DNA of 64,000 bases, taken from assembly GCA_002269645.1 (NCBI GenBank), contig NIVC01001321.1:214858-278857 (forward strand), written 5' to 3'. Shown here piece by piece: positions 14,185-27,697 of the stretch. Within the stretch, counting starts at the first letter, position 1; each line of letters starts with the position of its first letter. Under the pieces are notes generated by a model, which had not been told where the DNA came from, searched no databases, and saw nothing but the letters and a program-made list of their open reading frames with translations. The translations under genes were made by a program, and so were the position numbers. The DNA comes from Macrostomum lignano (taxonomy: Eukaryota).

Positions 14185-14660
14185 GAGTGACACTAAGAGT
14201 GACATGGGGAGTGACACGGAGAGTTACACGAAGAATTACACGAAGAGTGACACGGAGAGTGACACGAAGAGTGACATGGAGAGTGACATGGAGAGTGACA
14301 CGGAGAGTGACACGGAGAGTGACACGGAGAGTAACACGGAGAGTGACACGGAGAGTGATACGGAGAGTGACATGGAGAGTGACAAGGAGAGTGACACGGA
14401 GAGTGACATGGAGAGTGACACGGAGAGTGACACGGAGAGTGATACGGAGAGTGACACGGAGACTGACACGGAGACTGACACGGAGACTGACACGGAGACT
14501 GACACGGAGAGTGACATGGAGAGTGACAATAGAGTGTAGCATTGAAAGTGACTATAAAATGGGACGCGAAGAGTTACACGGAAGGTGACAAAAGAGTGAC
14601 ACAAGGAGTGACACATAGAGTGACACGGAGAGTGAAACATAGAGTGACAATAGAGTGCGA
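14185..14660. repeat. 12-bp repeat (GAGTGACACGGA)n
   Basis: Direct periodicity. Confidence 0.9.
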
Positions 14661-15027
14661 CATCTGCAGATTCTTCAGATGAGCACTGAAGGAAGCTGAG
14701 CTGCAGCCAGTGGCCACAAAGCAATAAAAATTCTAAGCAGCTTCCATCAGAGGATCTCGAGATATCTGTGAGCAATTTTCCATCAGTTTATCGCTCAAAT
14801 CGTTCAAGTTTGGGATGACAGCTGGACAGTAGAATTAGCATAAATAGTGGGAACTTAATCCATCACCGAATCACGGGAAGTGGAGACCGATTCCTAGAAA
14901 TGCAGGAGCTTCCGGCACAGCCAGCTTTGGCGCACGTGTCCGCTTAGCCGGACTGAGTGAGATCTGATGAAGCAATCAGCATCCTGGCGTGTGCAGCCTC
15001 GGATTACCGACTCAACAGCTCTTGACT

Positions 15028-16894
<1,867 letters not shown>

Positions 16895-17711
16895 CCGTTG
16901 ATTTCTGGGGATTTATAAGGGCCGCCTTGAACGGGGGGCGATCGGACGGGAGGCGCCCCGCAGCTCGGAGGCGTCATTAGGTCATAATCCCCATTCTGAA
17001 CCCTCGCGTCCACCTCCAATTACTGCGCCGGCAAAATCGGCTGTCATATCGCCCTGCCTCTCTCTCAGGACGTCGTCACTTCCAGCAAAATTCCGTTTTT
17101 TTAGATTTTACATTTTTAAAGAACAGAAAAAGAATCAGCGCCGGCTGGTCATCCGCTTTCTCTTCATCTCTCAGGAGGCTGGGCGACAAGCGACACTGAA
17201 GTTGCAGCCGCGAGCGGCACCGCTTGATGTCGGATTTTCGCGGGGTGCACGGGGGTGGAGCCGGCAGACGCTCGGTAATTATTTTGATTACGTAATCCCG
17301 CCCGCTCTCTCTCACCCACTCCAGGCGCGGCCACGGCACCCCTCGCCACTCCACCAACCCCAGAGCCCAGCTGGCCGCTTGCGAATCTCTGGGGCGCTTT
17401 TTGGCGCTGCAGAGGGTCAGGAAAATACCTGGCCTGAGTGAGGGGGCCCAAGCTCCCCGGCCTCTATTATTGTGGGCGGTATTTTGCTTGGGGAGCTGTT
17501 AGATAATCAGCTGGCATGAGATTGGGGCCCGGCGTTCCGCCAACACCCGGCAGCAGCGCACGGGCCTTCCAAAGAGCTCGGCATGACAGCGTCGGAGATG
17601 CACCTTCCAGCCAAATAACAACAACTGACAGGGTGCTGCGCCGGCTGGCGACTTGGCTGGCGTGGGAGCGGCTTGAATTATATGGGAAACTGATCCTTGC
17701 TTTGGGATGAA

Positions 17712-17812
<101 letters not shown>

Positions 17813-18649
17813 TAGCTCCTGTCTCATTCCCTGTCTCAGCAGGATCAGCCAAAAGCCGGGGGAATGCGCGGCGGCCGCCTGCAGTCCGTCAATCTCCTGT
17901 TGATAAAGCCGTGTAAAAATGCTGCAGGCTGACAGAGTCGCCCGGCCCTGGGTCAGTCAGCAAGTGTCAAACAGCCATGCAGCCCCCAGCTCGGCCCTGT
18001 AATCGCAGTGCAACATCCCGGAGGCGGCGTTCTGGCAATGCAGGGGATCAGATAAGCTGATAAGCCACAGTCGGATGTGTCAGTCACAGCTGACACGGCG
18101 GAGCGCCCCTCATTGATTTCGGTAATCGGGGCTCGCAGAGGCGCAGCCGATCGCTACCCTCCCTGGTTACGTCACACTTTCCCTGGCGCCCTGCCAGGAC
18201 CCTCGGCCTCACAGAAAAAGGCTAATAATGCTCGTATAGCCTCCGGTGCAGAGCTGTGCTGTGTGGCTGGCAAATCCTCAGGCTCGCCGTCGACTGCTGA
18301 TGCAGAACAACTTCCTTAGAGAATTCCCCTACGGGACCAGGCAATGCAAATTGTTGCATTAAGCATAGGTGATTGCGCACAGATAGGATCCTCTGTGTGC
18401 TGGGCATTCTCACTTCTCAGGATCGACTTTCAAGCTTTCAATGCTCTGCTATTAGTTTCAGCTGCCATTGCATAATATATTGTATTGCACATATTTGCAT
18501 CACGAGTCATGTCCTTCGGCAGAACTTTTTTAGTTGAATAGAGAGCTGGGTTACTCTACTCACAGTAGGGAGGCAAGGACAACATGTTCAGCGGAGGTTT
18601 TTTATTCATTGAAAACATTCAAAATGAGCAAATAAAAAATGAAGAGAAA

Positions 18650-18900
18650 AGGAAGAAAGAACGAAGGGAGAGAGTAAGGGGAAAGAGAGGGAAAGAGAGA
18701 AGAGGAGAGAGAGGGGGAGAGAGGGGGAGGAAAAAGGGGGGAGAGAGAGAGGAAGAGAGAGGGAGAGAGGGGAGAGAGAGGGAGAGAGGGGAGAGAGGGG
18801 TAGAGAGGGGGGAGAGTGGGGGAGAGTGGGGGAGAGTGGGGGAGAGTAAAGGGGAGAGGAGGGGGAGAGGGAGAGGGGAGGGGAGGGAAAGACATGAGAG
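18650..18900. repeat. GA-rich low-complexity tract
   Basis: Polypurine on the + strand. Confidence 0.8.
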
Positions 18901-19526
18901 GAGTGGATTTGGTGACCATGGAGGCAAATGCACGGACTATTAGAAATCCGCGAGAGTCGAAGAGTGCAAAAAGTGCTGTTTTGCGGGCGAAAGACCGATC
19001 GAAGTCACGTGGGATGCATGCTGCCACATCTCGCTGCGCACCTTGCCAGGACAAAATGAACATGAAATGAAAGAATTTGCTTAAAAATTTGATTACTTCC
19101 GTTGTCTCTACCTGAGCAAACTGACGGAAATGGCAACTTTTATTAAGAAACTCTCGGTCAACTCTGTACTTGATCTGGTGAATATTCATAGCCGTACTTA
19201 AGTTAGTTTTGTCATTTATTTTACTTCTCCCCAATGTTTTACAGAAAATTACTGGTTAAGGGAGAACAAAAAAGTTTTTGGAAATGAATTTTTCATGGAC
19301 TAATTAAAGTACGGATGCACTTAAAAATACGCACAGAATAGTACATAACCAGAGTGCTTATGAAGTACGCGTGCACTGGAAAGTGCACGAGCACTTGCAA
19401 AGTACAAATAAACTCAGTAAGTACACGTGCACTAATAAGTACACTAGTACTCGGAAAGTACAAGTGCACTCGTACAGAACGCACGCACCCGTAAAGTTCG
19501 CGAGTACTCGTCCCAGATAAAAGCAC

Positions 19527-20049
19527 TTATTCGGGCTCGCACATCAGTCCGAGGCTTTTGTTGATGTTGCCGACGCATCCTTTGAGACTTTGCGACAGGC
19601 CCAGCAGGGACTCAGCCATGCTGTTGATGAGCTCAATCTTGCGACTCAAATTGCCGTGGGGTCGCCGACTGCCGCGACTGGGCGGCGGTGGCGGCGGCAT
19701 CTGCTGCTGCTGAGTCTGGGAGTCCTCGCTGACGAAGGACCGGCTGCTTGGAGACGCCGATGATGTTGAAGATTCCCCGGCCCTCACAAAGAACTCAAAG
19801 TGAGCAGGAGCAGCGTGCACTTCAGACTGGTTAGCTGAGTGCCGCCTCTGCCGCCTCCTGGCGCGATCCAGAGTGCGCAACAGGCTGCTGAAGTCTTCGT
19901 CATCATCGTCTGAGCAGCGGCAGCGGCCGCCGGCCTCCGCCTTGTCGTTGTTGGCGTTGGCGTTGCTCAACTGGCAGCTGGCGGCTGGCAGCTCAGACTG
20001 AACTTCGTGCTGCTGCTGCTGCTGCCTTTGCAGCTGCTTCAGCTGGTCA
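19527..20049 (-). CDS. Orphan low-complexity protein, terminal exon
   Basis: Acceptor CCCTGATCCGCCAG| at 20050 joins in frame (TG|T = Cys) to the upstream exon. GC-rich, poly-Q/poly-P, ends ...LGLMCEPE*. Confidence 0.65.
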
Positions 20050-20349
20050 CTGGCGGATCAGGGATGGGGGGGGTGACATCGGTCCCGCAGCCAGCGCTGA
20101 GGCAATTATCCAATTCCGCTGACTCCTGATCCATGCAAGTGCGCCAATGCTGTGCGCAGGCCAAAGGATGTACAGCAGCCCTTCACTTTCTAATCGTCAG
20201 GCATGTGGACTCTCTTGAGGTGGATTCCCTGAGTAACTGTATGAATTTGAGCTTCGCAAACAGAAAAATTACGTTGAGCCTTTTCGTGCAATTCCCGCCC
20301 ACGAGGACCAACACCCAAGCCACGGAGACGCCCCAAACCCGGCGCTCAC

Positions 20350-21800
20350 CACAGCTGCGACTCCACCGGCGCCTGACGCCCCTCCAGGTCTTCGGTCTCG
20401 GCATGCCGGCCGCACATCGCTCGCCGCAGCTGCCGGCTCACCGACCGCGCCGTCCGAGCCGCTTTCCGGGTCAGCCGACCGCCGTACACCAGCGCCGCAT
20501 TTGCGGCCGCAGCCGTGGCTGCCGCTGCCGCAGTCGGCGTTTTCGGCGGCGGCTGCCCGGAAGTTGCGCCGGCTGGCACGCGGACGCGGTGACTCGGCGG
20601 CATCGGCGGCTCCAGCAGGTGCCTTCGAGACGGCGCCGCGGCGACCGACCGACCAACGTCGATGGCGAGCGTCGACGCGCTAATGTCGATGACGGAATCG
20701 TCATGGCTGGCGGCGGCAACCTCGTCACCGACGCCGCCTTCCAGCTGGCGAAGGCTGCGTCGCCTTCGACTTCGATGCCGCTGACGGTCACGAAGGTCAC
20801 CGTCGCCGTCACCGTCGCCGTCGCCGTTGTCGTCAAGAGTGCGGTGGCACCGATGCCGGCAATGACGATGGCGCCGACGATGCCGCCGCTGCTCCGACGC
20901 CGTCGTCCCCGTCACGGATGTCGACATCGGCGAGGCTGGCGAGTGTAGCGGCGGCGGAGTCGGCGGCAGGCGGACGCTGGCGGCTGTGTGTGGCAGCAGC
21001 GGCAACTCGGAGCAGCGGAACAGCCAGCAGGCGGCTCCCGGCGGCTGCACGGCCTCCCGCGCCCACTCGGCCAGCGGCTGCGGAGTTGCCAGCGGCGCCG
21101 CCTCCTCGACGCTGATTGGGTTGTCGATCCGCTCGAAGCCGCCGAAGCAGCTCCGGCGGGCCGCCAGCGGCAGCGGCTGCCGTTTTTGCCAGGCAGCTGC
21201 GTCGGCGTCGGGGTCGACGGCGACGGTGGCAGCGGCAGCGGCGTCTCCGGCTGCAGGCGATGCCCGACGCTGGTGCCGCTGGCGCTGCACGTGTCGGCGG
21301 AGATGATGCTCCTGACAGCGGCGGCAGTGTCGGTGGCGGGTGGCGCGATGACTCCGATGGTCTCGGCTGCTGCTGCTGCTCCGGCTGCTGACGGTGTTCA
21401 TAGCGTCTTGGAGGTTCAGCCCCCGCTGTCGCTGCGGCCGTCGTTTGTCGAGGCTGTCGCCGCCGCCGAGCACGATGGACATGCAGTCCAGCAGCGTGAA
21501 GGCGTTTTCATCGTCCTCGTCATCCAGCGTGGTGGTGGCGGCGGGGTAGGCGGTTGAGCGGGTAGCTGGGATTGGCGGCAGCGGCGGCGGCGGGTGCTGC
21601 AGCATCGACTTGCTGAGCGTCATGGTTTTGAAGGAGGCCACCAGCTCCTTGGCGGTGGCGGTGGTGCCGCTGACTGCATTGAAGGCCTTCCGTCTGCTGT
21701 TGCTGCGGTTGTCGCTTCGGCGCCTGTCGCGGCTGCTGCTGTGGCGTCGGTGGCGGTGGCGCCGCCTCGGCCGGCTGTCGCCGCGCGCTTCGCTCGGCAT
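20350..21800 (-). CDS. Orphan low-complexity (Arg/Ala/Pro/His-rich) protein, exon 1; spliced product ~657 aa
   Basis: 484-codon GC-rich ORF that is not a tandem repeat. Donor TG|GTGAGC at 20349, 300-bp intron, phase 2 matches the next exon. No domain recognised; start codon uncertain. Confidence 0.65.
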
Positions 21801-22164
21801 CGTCAGAAACTGCGTCAGCGGCAGTGCATGGCCGCGGGCAGGCTGGTTGGCTGTGCGAGTGAAACTTGAGAACTGCTCAGACTGAGCTGCCGCTGCCCGG
21901 CTGTGGGAAGATCTGCGAGTTCGGCCATAGACAAACTGATTGGTTGATAGGAAATTTGCTGCGGCAGTTTGTGCCGCCGAAAGCTAAATTTACTCTGAGA
22001 GTGTGAGGCTAACAAGTTTGAAGTGAATTTTATGAATACAAGTATTGTATCCTACTTTTAGTAACATATAGATGTAATTCTACTGCTGCCGTTCTTATCA
22101 CTAGTGATATTCCCAAACTGTTCATACCATTATCAAGCATAATATCCATAATAGCCAATCCCAG

Positions 22165-22670
22165 AATCAAAGGGAATTTCCCAAGTTATTAATCCCAGGA
22201 TCCAAAGGAATTCCCCAAGTCATCAATCCCAGGATCCAAAGGAATTCCCCAAGTCATCAATCCCAGTATCTAAGAGAATTCCCCAAGTTATCAATCACAG
22301 GATCCAAAGGAATTCCCCAAGTCATCAATCCCAGTATCTAAGAGAATTCCCCAAGTTATCAATCACAGGATCCAAGGGAATTCGCCAAGTTATCAATCCC
22401 AGGATCCAAAGGAATTCCCCAAGTCATCAATCCCAGTATCTAAGAGAATTCCCCAAGTTATCAATCCCAGGATCCAAAGGAATTCCCCAAGTCATCAATC
22501 CCAGTATCTAAGAGAATTCCCCAAGTTATCAATCCCAGTATCCAAGGGAATTCCCTAAGTTATCAATCCCAGTATCTAAGAGAATTCCCCAAGTTATCAA
22601 TCCCAGTATCCAAGGGAATTCCCTAAGTTATTAATCCCAGGATCCAAGGGAATTCCCAGGTTATCAGTTG
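22165..22670. repeat. 34-bp minisatellite (AATTCCCCAAGT[C/T]ATCAATCCCAGGATCCAAAGG)n with alternating variants
   Basis: 34-bp period. Confidence 0.9.
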
Positions 22671-23139
22671 TGGTATCTAGGGGGAATTCCGACAGCCATT
22701 GCAAGCCATATTTGAGCACAATTTTGCCAAACAAAAGAATAACTTGAGGAGCTCAAGCAATGAATCAGAACACATACAGCTCAATCTTTGCAGATCTGCA
22801 GCCAATATTGAATTTTTATTGATTAATGAAGCACAAATAAAATATGATTTCTACAAAAATTCATGACCAGCTAATAAAAATGAATTGACAATTTTTGTTG
22901 ACACAGTAAAATGAAAAAAGCATTTTATTGACACTGAATGGATCCATGGAAATTATTCTACACAGCAGCAGAGGTGCCAGAAATGAAAAGCCACAAAAAG
23001 GCGAAACTCTCCAATGAGGTGGAAGACTTGGTCGGATTGAATCAAACGCGATGTACTCAAGACTTTGACATGCTACTTGAGCAGTAGTTGATAAGTTTGG
23101 AACTTATATTGCATTGTGAAAATTGTTAGATTTGCGCCT

Positions 23140-23639
23140 TCACTCGGGAACGGGGCACAGGTCCGTGACAGGCAGCTTCAGCCGGTAGTTCCGGCCGCCG
23201 TTGTTGTCCCAGACTGACTCGCAGCTGCCAGCCGGGTCAACGCGCTGCAGACAGAGGCAGAACTCCAGCTGCTGTTGCTGCTGCTGCAGTTGTTGCAGAT
23301 TCTGCTGAAGCAGTTCAATGGAGCAGACGGTCGTGTCGGAAGCCGCCGGGTCCTCCTTGACGCCGCTGCTCGCGTCCACATCCCGGTAGCTGTTCCAGCT
23401 GTCCAGCGTCATTCTGGCAAACACTCGGCTGATTGTTGCCGAGGTGACGGTTGCTATGGCAACCAGGCTGCCGTCCCGGCGCAGGTGCAGCATGGAGAGG
23501 TGAATCTGCGGCCGCGGGTCGCTGCTGAAGCTCGACAGAGAAGCCGCGGTGTCGCCGCCAGTCTGGCTGAAGAAGCCGCAAACCGTCGAACGGCGGTGCC
23601 TGGCGCTGCCGGTGTCGACACTGGTGACCAAGCTGGTTG
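23140..23639 (-). CDS. PPP1R3: PP1 regulatory (glycogen-targeting) subunit 3-like, exon 2 (CBM21 domain)
   Basis: RVFARMTLDSWNSYRDV and WDNNGGRNY CBM21 motifs; acceptor CCCCATAG| at 23640, phase 1. Confidence 0.85.
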
Positions 23640-23689
23640 CTATGGGGATCGGTTGTTTGTTGGTTGATTAGTTGTTTAATTGATTGGTT

Positions 23690-24040
23690 GATTGACTGAC
23701 TGACTGACTGACTGACTGACTGACTGACTGACTGACTGACTGACTGACTGACTGACTGACTGACTGACTGACTGACTGACTGACTGACTGACTGACTGAC
23801 TGACTGACTGACTGACTGACTGACTGACTGACTGACTGACTGACTGACTGACTGACTGACTGACTGACTGACTGACTGACTGACTGACTGACTGACTGAC
23901 TGACTGACTGACTGACTGACTGACTGACTGACTGACTGACTGACTGACTGACTGACTGACTGACTGACTGACTGACTGACTGACTGACTGACTGACTGAC
24001 TGACTGACTGACTGACTGACTGATTGATTGATTGATTGTC
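23690..24040. repeat. (TGAC)n microsatellite inside the PPP1R3 intron
   Basis: Perfect run, ending in (TGAT)n. Confidence 0.98.
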
Positions 24041-24694
24041 AAGTGTGGAAAACTTTCTGTGTCGATTTAACGCTCAGTAAGAGATTCGCCAGCATTAGGA
24101 CTATCCTATGGTGACCTACGCTGTTTTCTATTAAAGCATGCAAAAAAACTGCATTCTATAAGTTTAAATTGGCGCCAAAGCTTTCTTACAGGACATGCAC
24201 TCAGAAGGACGATCCTAGTTTATCTACGCATAGGCAGCAAAGTCCAAAAGCTCAAGCCAAAGTTCAAGTATTGCACTTAGTTTCGAAAATTTCCTGAATA
24301 CGAATAAGAACAGAGAAGCCAGAGAGAAGCCAGTCAGATTAGATTAGCTGCATTTAAACAGATCAGCTGCACTTTAGGGCACAATTTAAAATTGATATAG
24401 CAGAGAGACAGCCAATCAAACTGAAGGCGCGATTTGATGTTTGCAAAATTCAACAGTGGAAGAATTTTTGGCGATTTGTCGCACGTTTTACTACTGTCAG
24501 TAGAAGCTGAAGAAAGCCACCCTGCGGAGACCTAATGCTAAAACGCGATGTGCTGGGCTCTGCTTTGATTACAAAACATTTCTCGTTCATTATCAGCTGG
24601 GTCGGATCCCCTAAGCCCTCTTTTGACCCCAGCTGGAGCAGAGAGGGGTCAGTTGACCTCCAGTTAACACCTCAGCCTGGACCGGCTGTCTCAC

Positions 24695-25118
24695 CTTCGC
24701 TGTCCTCCCCGGAGCCGCTGTAGAAATCCGTGTCCCTGCAGGCCACCCGCTCCAGCTGCAGGCCGACCTCATCGGCGAAGGTCACTCGCCGCCTCCGCCG
24801 CCAGCGTCGCCAGCCCGGCGGTGGAAGCTCAGTCCGGTGGCTAGCAGCCGCCGTAGCTGCGAGGGTCGACAGCCTCGGCAGCGAATGTCTGTCCTTCACT
24901 GGAAGCTCAGTGGCCGCCCCGATCTCCGCCACCAGAGCGTCGGTGTAACGGTCCAGCGGCGCCGCAGATGTTGAGAAATAATTTGAGTAGCTGCTCACCT
25001 GCCATGAGTCATCATGATGGTCGAACACCGGCGAGGCCTCCGGGCTGCTTCTGGTGCTGGTCATTATGAAGTCAGCCGCCTCCTTCAGCGCTCCCGCCGT
25101 GGGCACATTGAACGGCAT
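24695..25118 (-). CDS. PPP1R3: PP1 regulatory subunit 3-like, exon 1 (RVxF motif); spliced product 307 aa
   Basis: RRRRRVTFADEVGLQL PP1-docking motif; GCC-ATG start; donor GAAG|GTGAGA at 24694 (1055-bp intron) joins exon 2 in frame (G|CA). Confidence 0.85.
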
Positions 25119-26139
25119 GGCTCTGTGTTGCCTGCAGTCGATAATTATTCAAGGCCAAGGCGGCTCTTTAATCAGCAGAGATAATGATGACAGCCGACTG
25201 GCGGACACACCTGGCGACACACCTGGCGCCTGGGGAAATTAAATTGGAAATTTCAATAGAGAATTGTGAGCAAGAATTAACTGCCCGAGTCTCAGCCCGT
25301 GAGCTGGTTCAGCCCGGCTTAGTATAAATAAAATTGCCCGAGCCATGTGAGCCCGGCGTGACGGCGGGGGTGGGGGCGGGGCGCCTCTTATCTGTCCGCC
25401 TGAGAGCGCGCAAGCCCGTGCGTAGGCTGGCACAGATAACACAGAGACACCCCATGGGGCCGCGTTGGCCTTATCTGACCTTTCAGTGATAGCGGCGTGG
25501 CTTCTTTCAATGCAAAGCCTCACTCTCAGCCTTTAGTGTGTGGGAGGGGGTTGCGTCAGCGTGGTGGCGGCGGTTGCATGGTTTGACAGAAAAGATTTCT
25601 GTCAGTCGGGTAGCGCGTGATCAAACTGGAGCGTCTGGCCTGGGTCTCTCGCTCAGCTGATTGCCCATGAGTCTATTTTTAGCTGCTGCGATTTTGAAGA
25701 TGTAATTGTTCCTTTTGTTAAATTTGCTTCTGCATCAGACAATCCTGAGACAGTATTTCTGACTCCCCGAGTTTCACCCCTCGAGCCTTTTGACTCTAAA
25801 GGTGTCCACCGCTTGTTTATTCAACTCATAAATACTTCTCACTCAGCAGTTTCTCTCGGGCTTGTTTATCTTATCTCCACGTGTACTTTTCTGCTTGTTG
25901 ACACCGCATATAACTTTCTGTAACTGTGGAAATCTGAATTGCAGTTTAAGAACCTCCGAAAGGCAGACTGCATGGAAAACGAGCTAAAATGTAGTCAGAA
26001 ATGCTCTTCTTGACCCAATCTCCGGCAATTAAAATTGTTAGTCTTAATTGTTACAAAATTGTCAGCAAAATGGGTAGCTGCCTATTGTAGTAGCAGTACA
26101 TGCTGGAACTCGAATTTAAAAGCGAAAAGTTGCCCATAG

Positions 26140-26345
26140 GGCTACATTGGCGCAAAAATCTCTTCCCTAGAGCGCTAAATTGCTGTGCTAAAATCTCTCG
26201 CCTAGGGCGCTAAATTGGCGCTAAAATCTCTTGGCTAGAGCGCTAAATTGGCGCTAAGCTCTCTTGCCTAGGGCGCTAAATTGGCGCTAAATTGGCGCTA
26301 AAATCTCGATCGTCTAGGACTTTAGGGCGCTAAAATCTCGCCCTC
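26140..26345. repeat. Degenerate repeat with a GGCGCTAAA(ATCT) core, related to the 23-bp array at 8.9 kb
   Basis: Repeated GGCGCTAAATTGGCGCTAAAATCTC. Confidence 0.8.
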
Positions 26346-27169
26346 TCTCTGGTTGAAAGCCAATCAAGTTGACAATGCCGTCATAAAGCAGCGCCAGTTA
26401 GAAATAAATCTCTGCGGCCAGAATGCTTGCTTTGAAATTTTCTACTTGATTTGTATTTTTAACCAGATTTTAGCGCCAGTCTGAAGGAATTTAAAGATGC
26501 TCAGAAAAAGTTGTGATAGGTGCATGTACTGTATTCTTATTGTTAATGAGATTTTTCACCCAGTTGATCAGATCTCTGAGTCCACTTGGACAGTTGTGTT
26601 GAGAAGTCAAGTAACGCGAAATAACGTTTCAGATTGTAAAACCTTTTGGCAGCGTTCGCCTCGTCCTTGAAAGATAAAAACGTGCGTGGTCGCATGGCTG
26701 GCACAAATTCAAATATTCACTCCACAGAAGGCAGACTGGGTCCGCCTTTATCGCTTTGTTTTGAGCTTGTGCTCAGTCGACAGTAAATGATAATTCTAAT
26801 TTATTTGTTATCACAAAACTAGCAGCAAGATACGAATTACTCTACTGCTAGTAGGGCGCCAACAAAAATGAAGTCTATATAAAAATTGCCAAGTTTCATG
26901 GCTTTACAGAAGATTTCTGCGCACTCTGCCAATTCAGCTGGTGCGATTTGGCAAAGTTAGAACATGGAATTTTATAAATTCGAACTGAATGAAAATAATT
27001 AGCTCATTATTTTGACGTGTGGCATAGAATTATTGAAACACAAGAAATTCATTCTATTACTTTATAGAAGAAAAAACATCATAAAAAGCAGCGAAGTGGT
27101 AATTTTCAATTAACTGACGAAGCGAAATGCGCCTGCGATGGGTATTTACGAGCGTTCGATAGAGTTTGT

Positions 27170-27458
27170 GGAGGGAGGTGGGTGTGGAGGGAGGTGGGTG
27201 TGGAGGGAGGTGGGTGTCGTGGGAGGTGGGTATGGAGGGAGGTGGGTGTGGAGGGACGTGTGTGTGGAGGGAGGTGGGTGTGGCCGAGGGAGATGGGTGT
27301 GGAGGGAGATGGGTGTGGAGGGAGATGGGTGTGGAGGGAGGTGGGTGTGGAGGGAGGTGGGTGTGGAGGGAGGTGGGTGTCGTGGGACGTGGGTGTGGAG
27401 GGAGGTGGGTGTGGAGGGAGGTGGGTGTGGAGGGAGGTGGATGTGGAGGGAGGTGGGC
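27170..27458. repeat. 16-bp G-rich repeat (GGAGGGAGGTGGGTGT)n
   Basis: Direct periodicity, downstream of the SEC14-like gene. Confidence 0.9.
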
Positions 27459-27697
27459 GTGAAATGATACGATACAGAAGGAAGAGTGACAAAAAAGGTT
27501 TTGAAAGCGATGCAGACTGCTGAGAAAAATGGAATTTTAAAAAACCATGGCTCAAGAAGAATTCTATCTCAATCAAGATTTTACGCATTAAAATTGGCTG
27601 CACAAACAGTATTTGATAATTTGGTATAAGATAAAAGTCAAGGAAGAGATCCACGGGACCAGCTCCATCAGGAGACAGCAGGATTCCCTGTAGTTCC

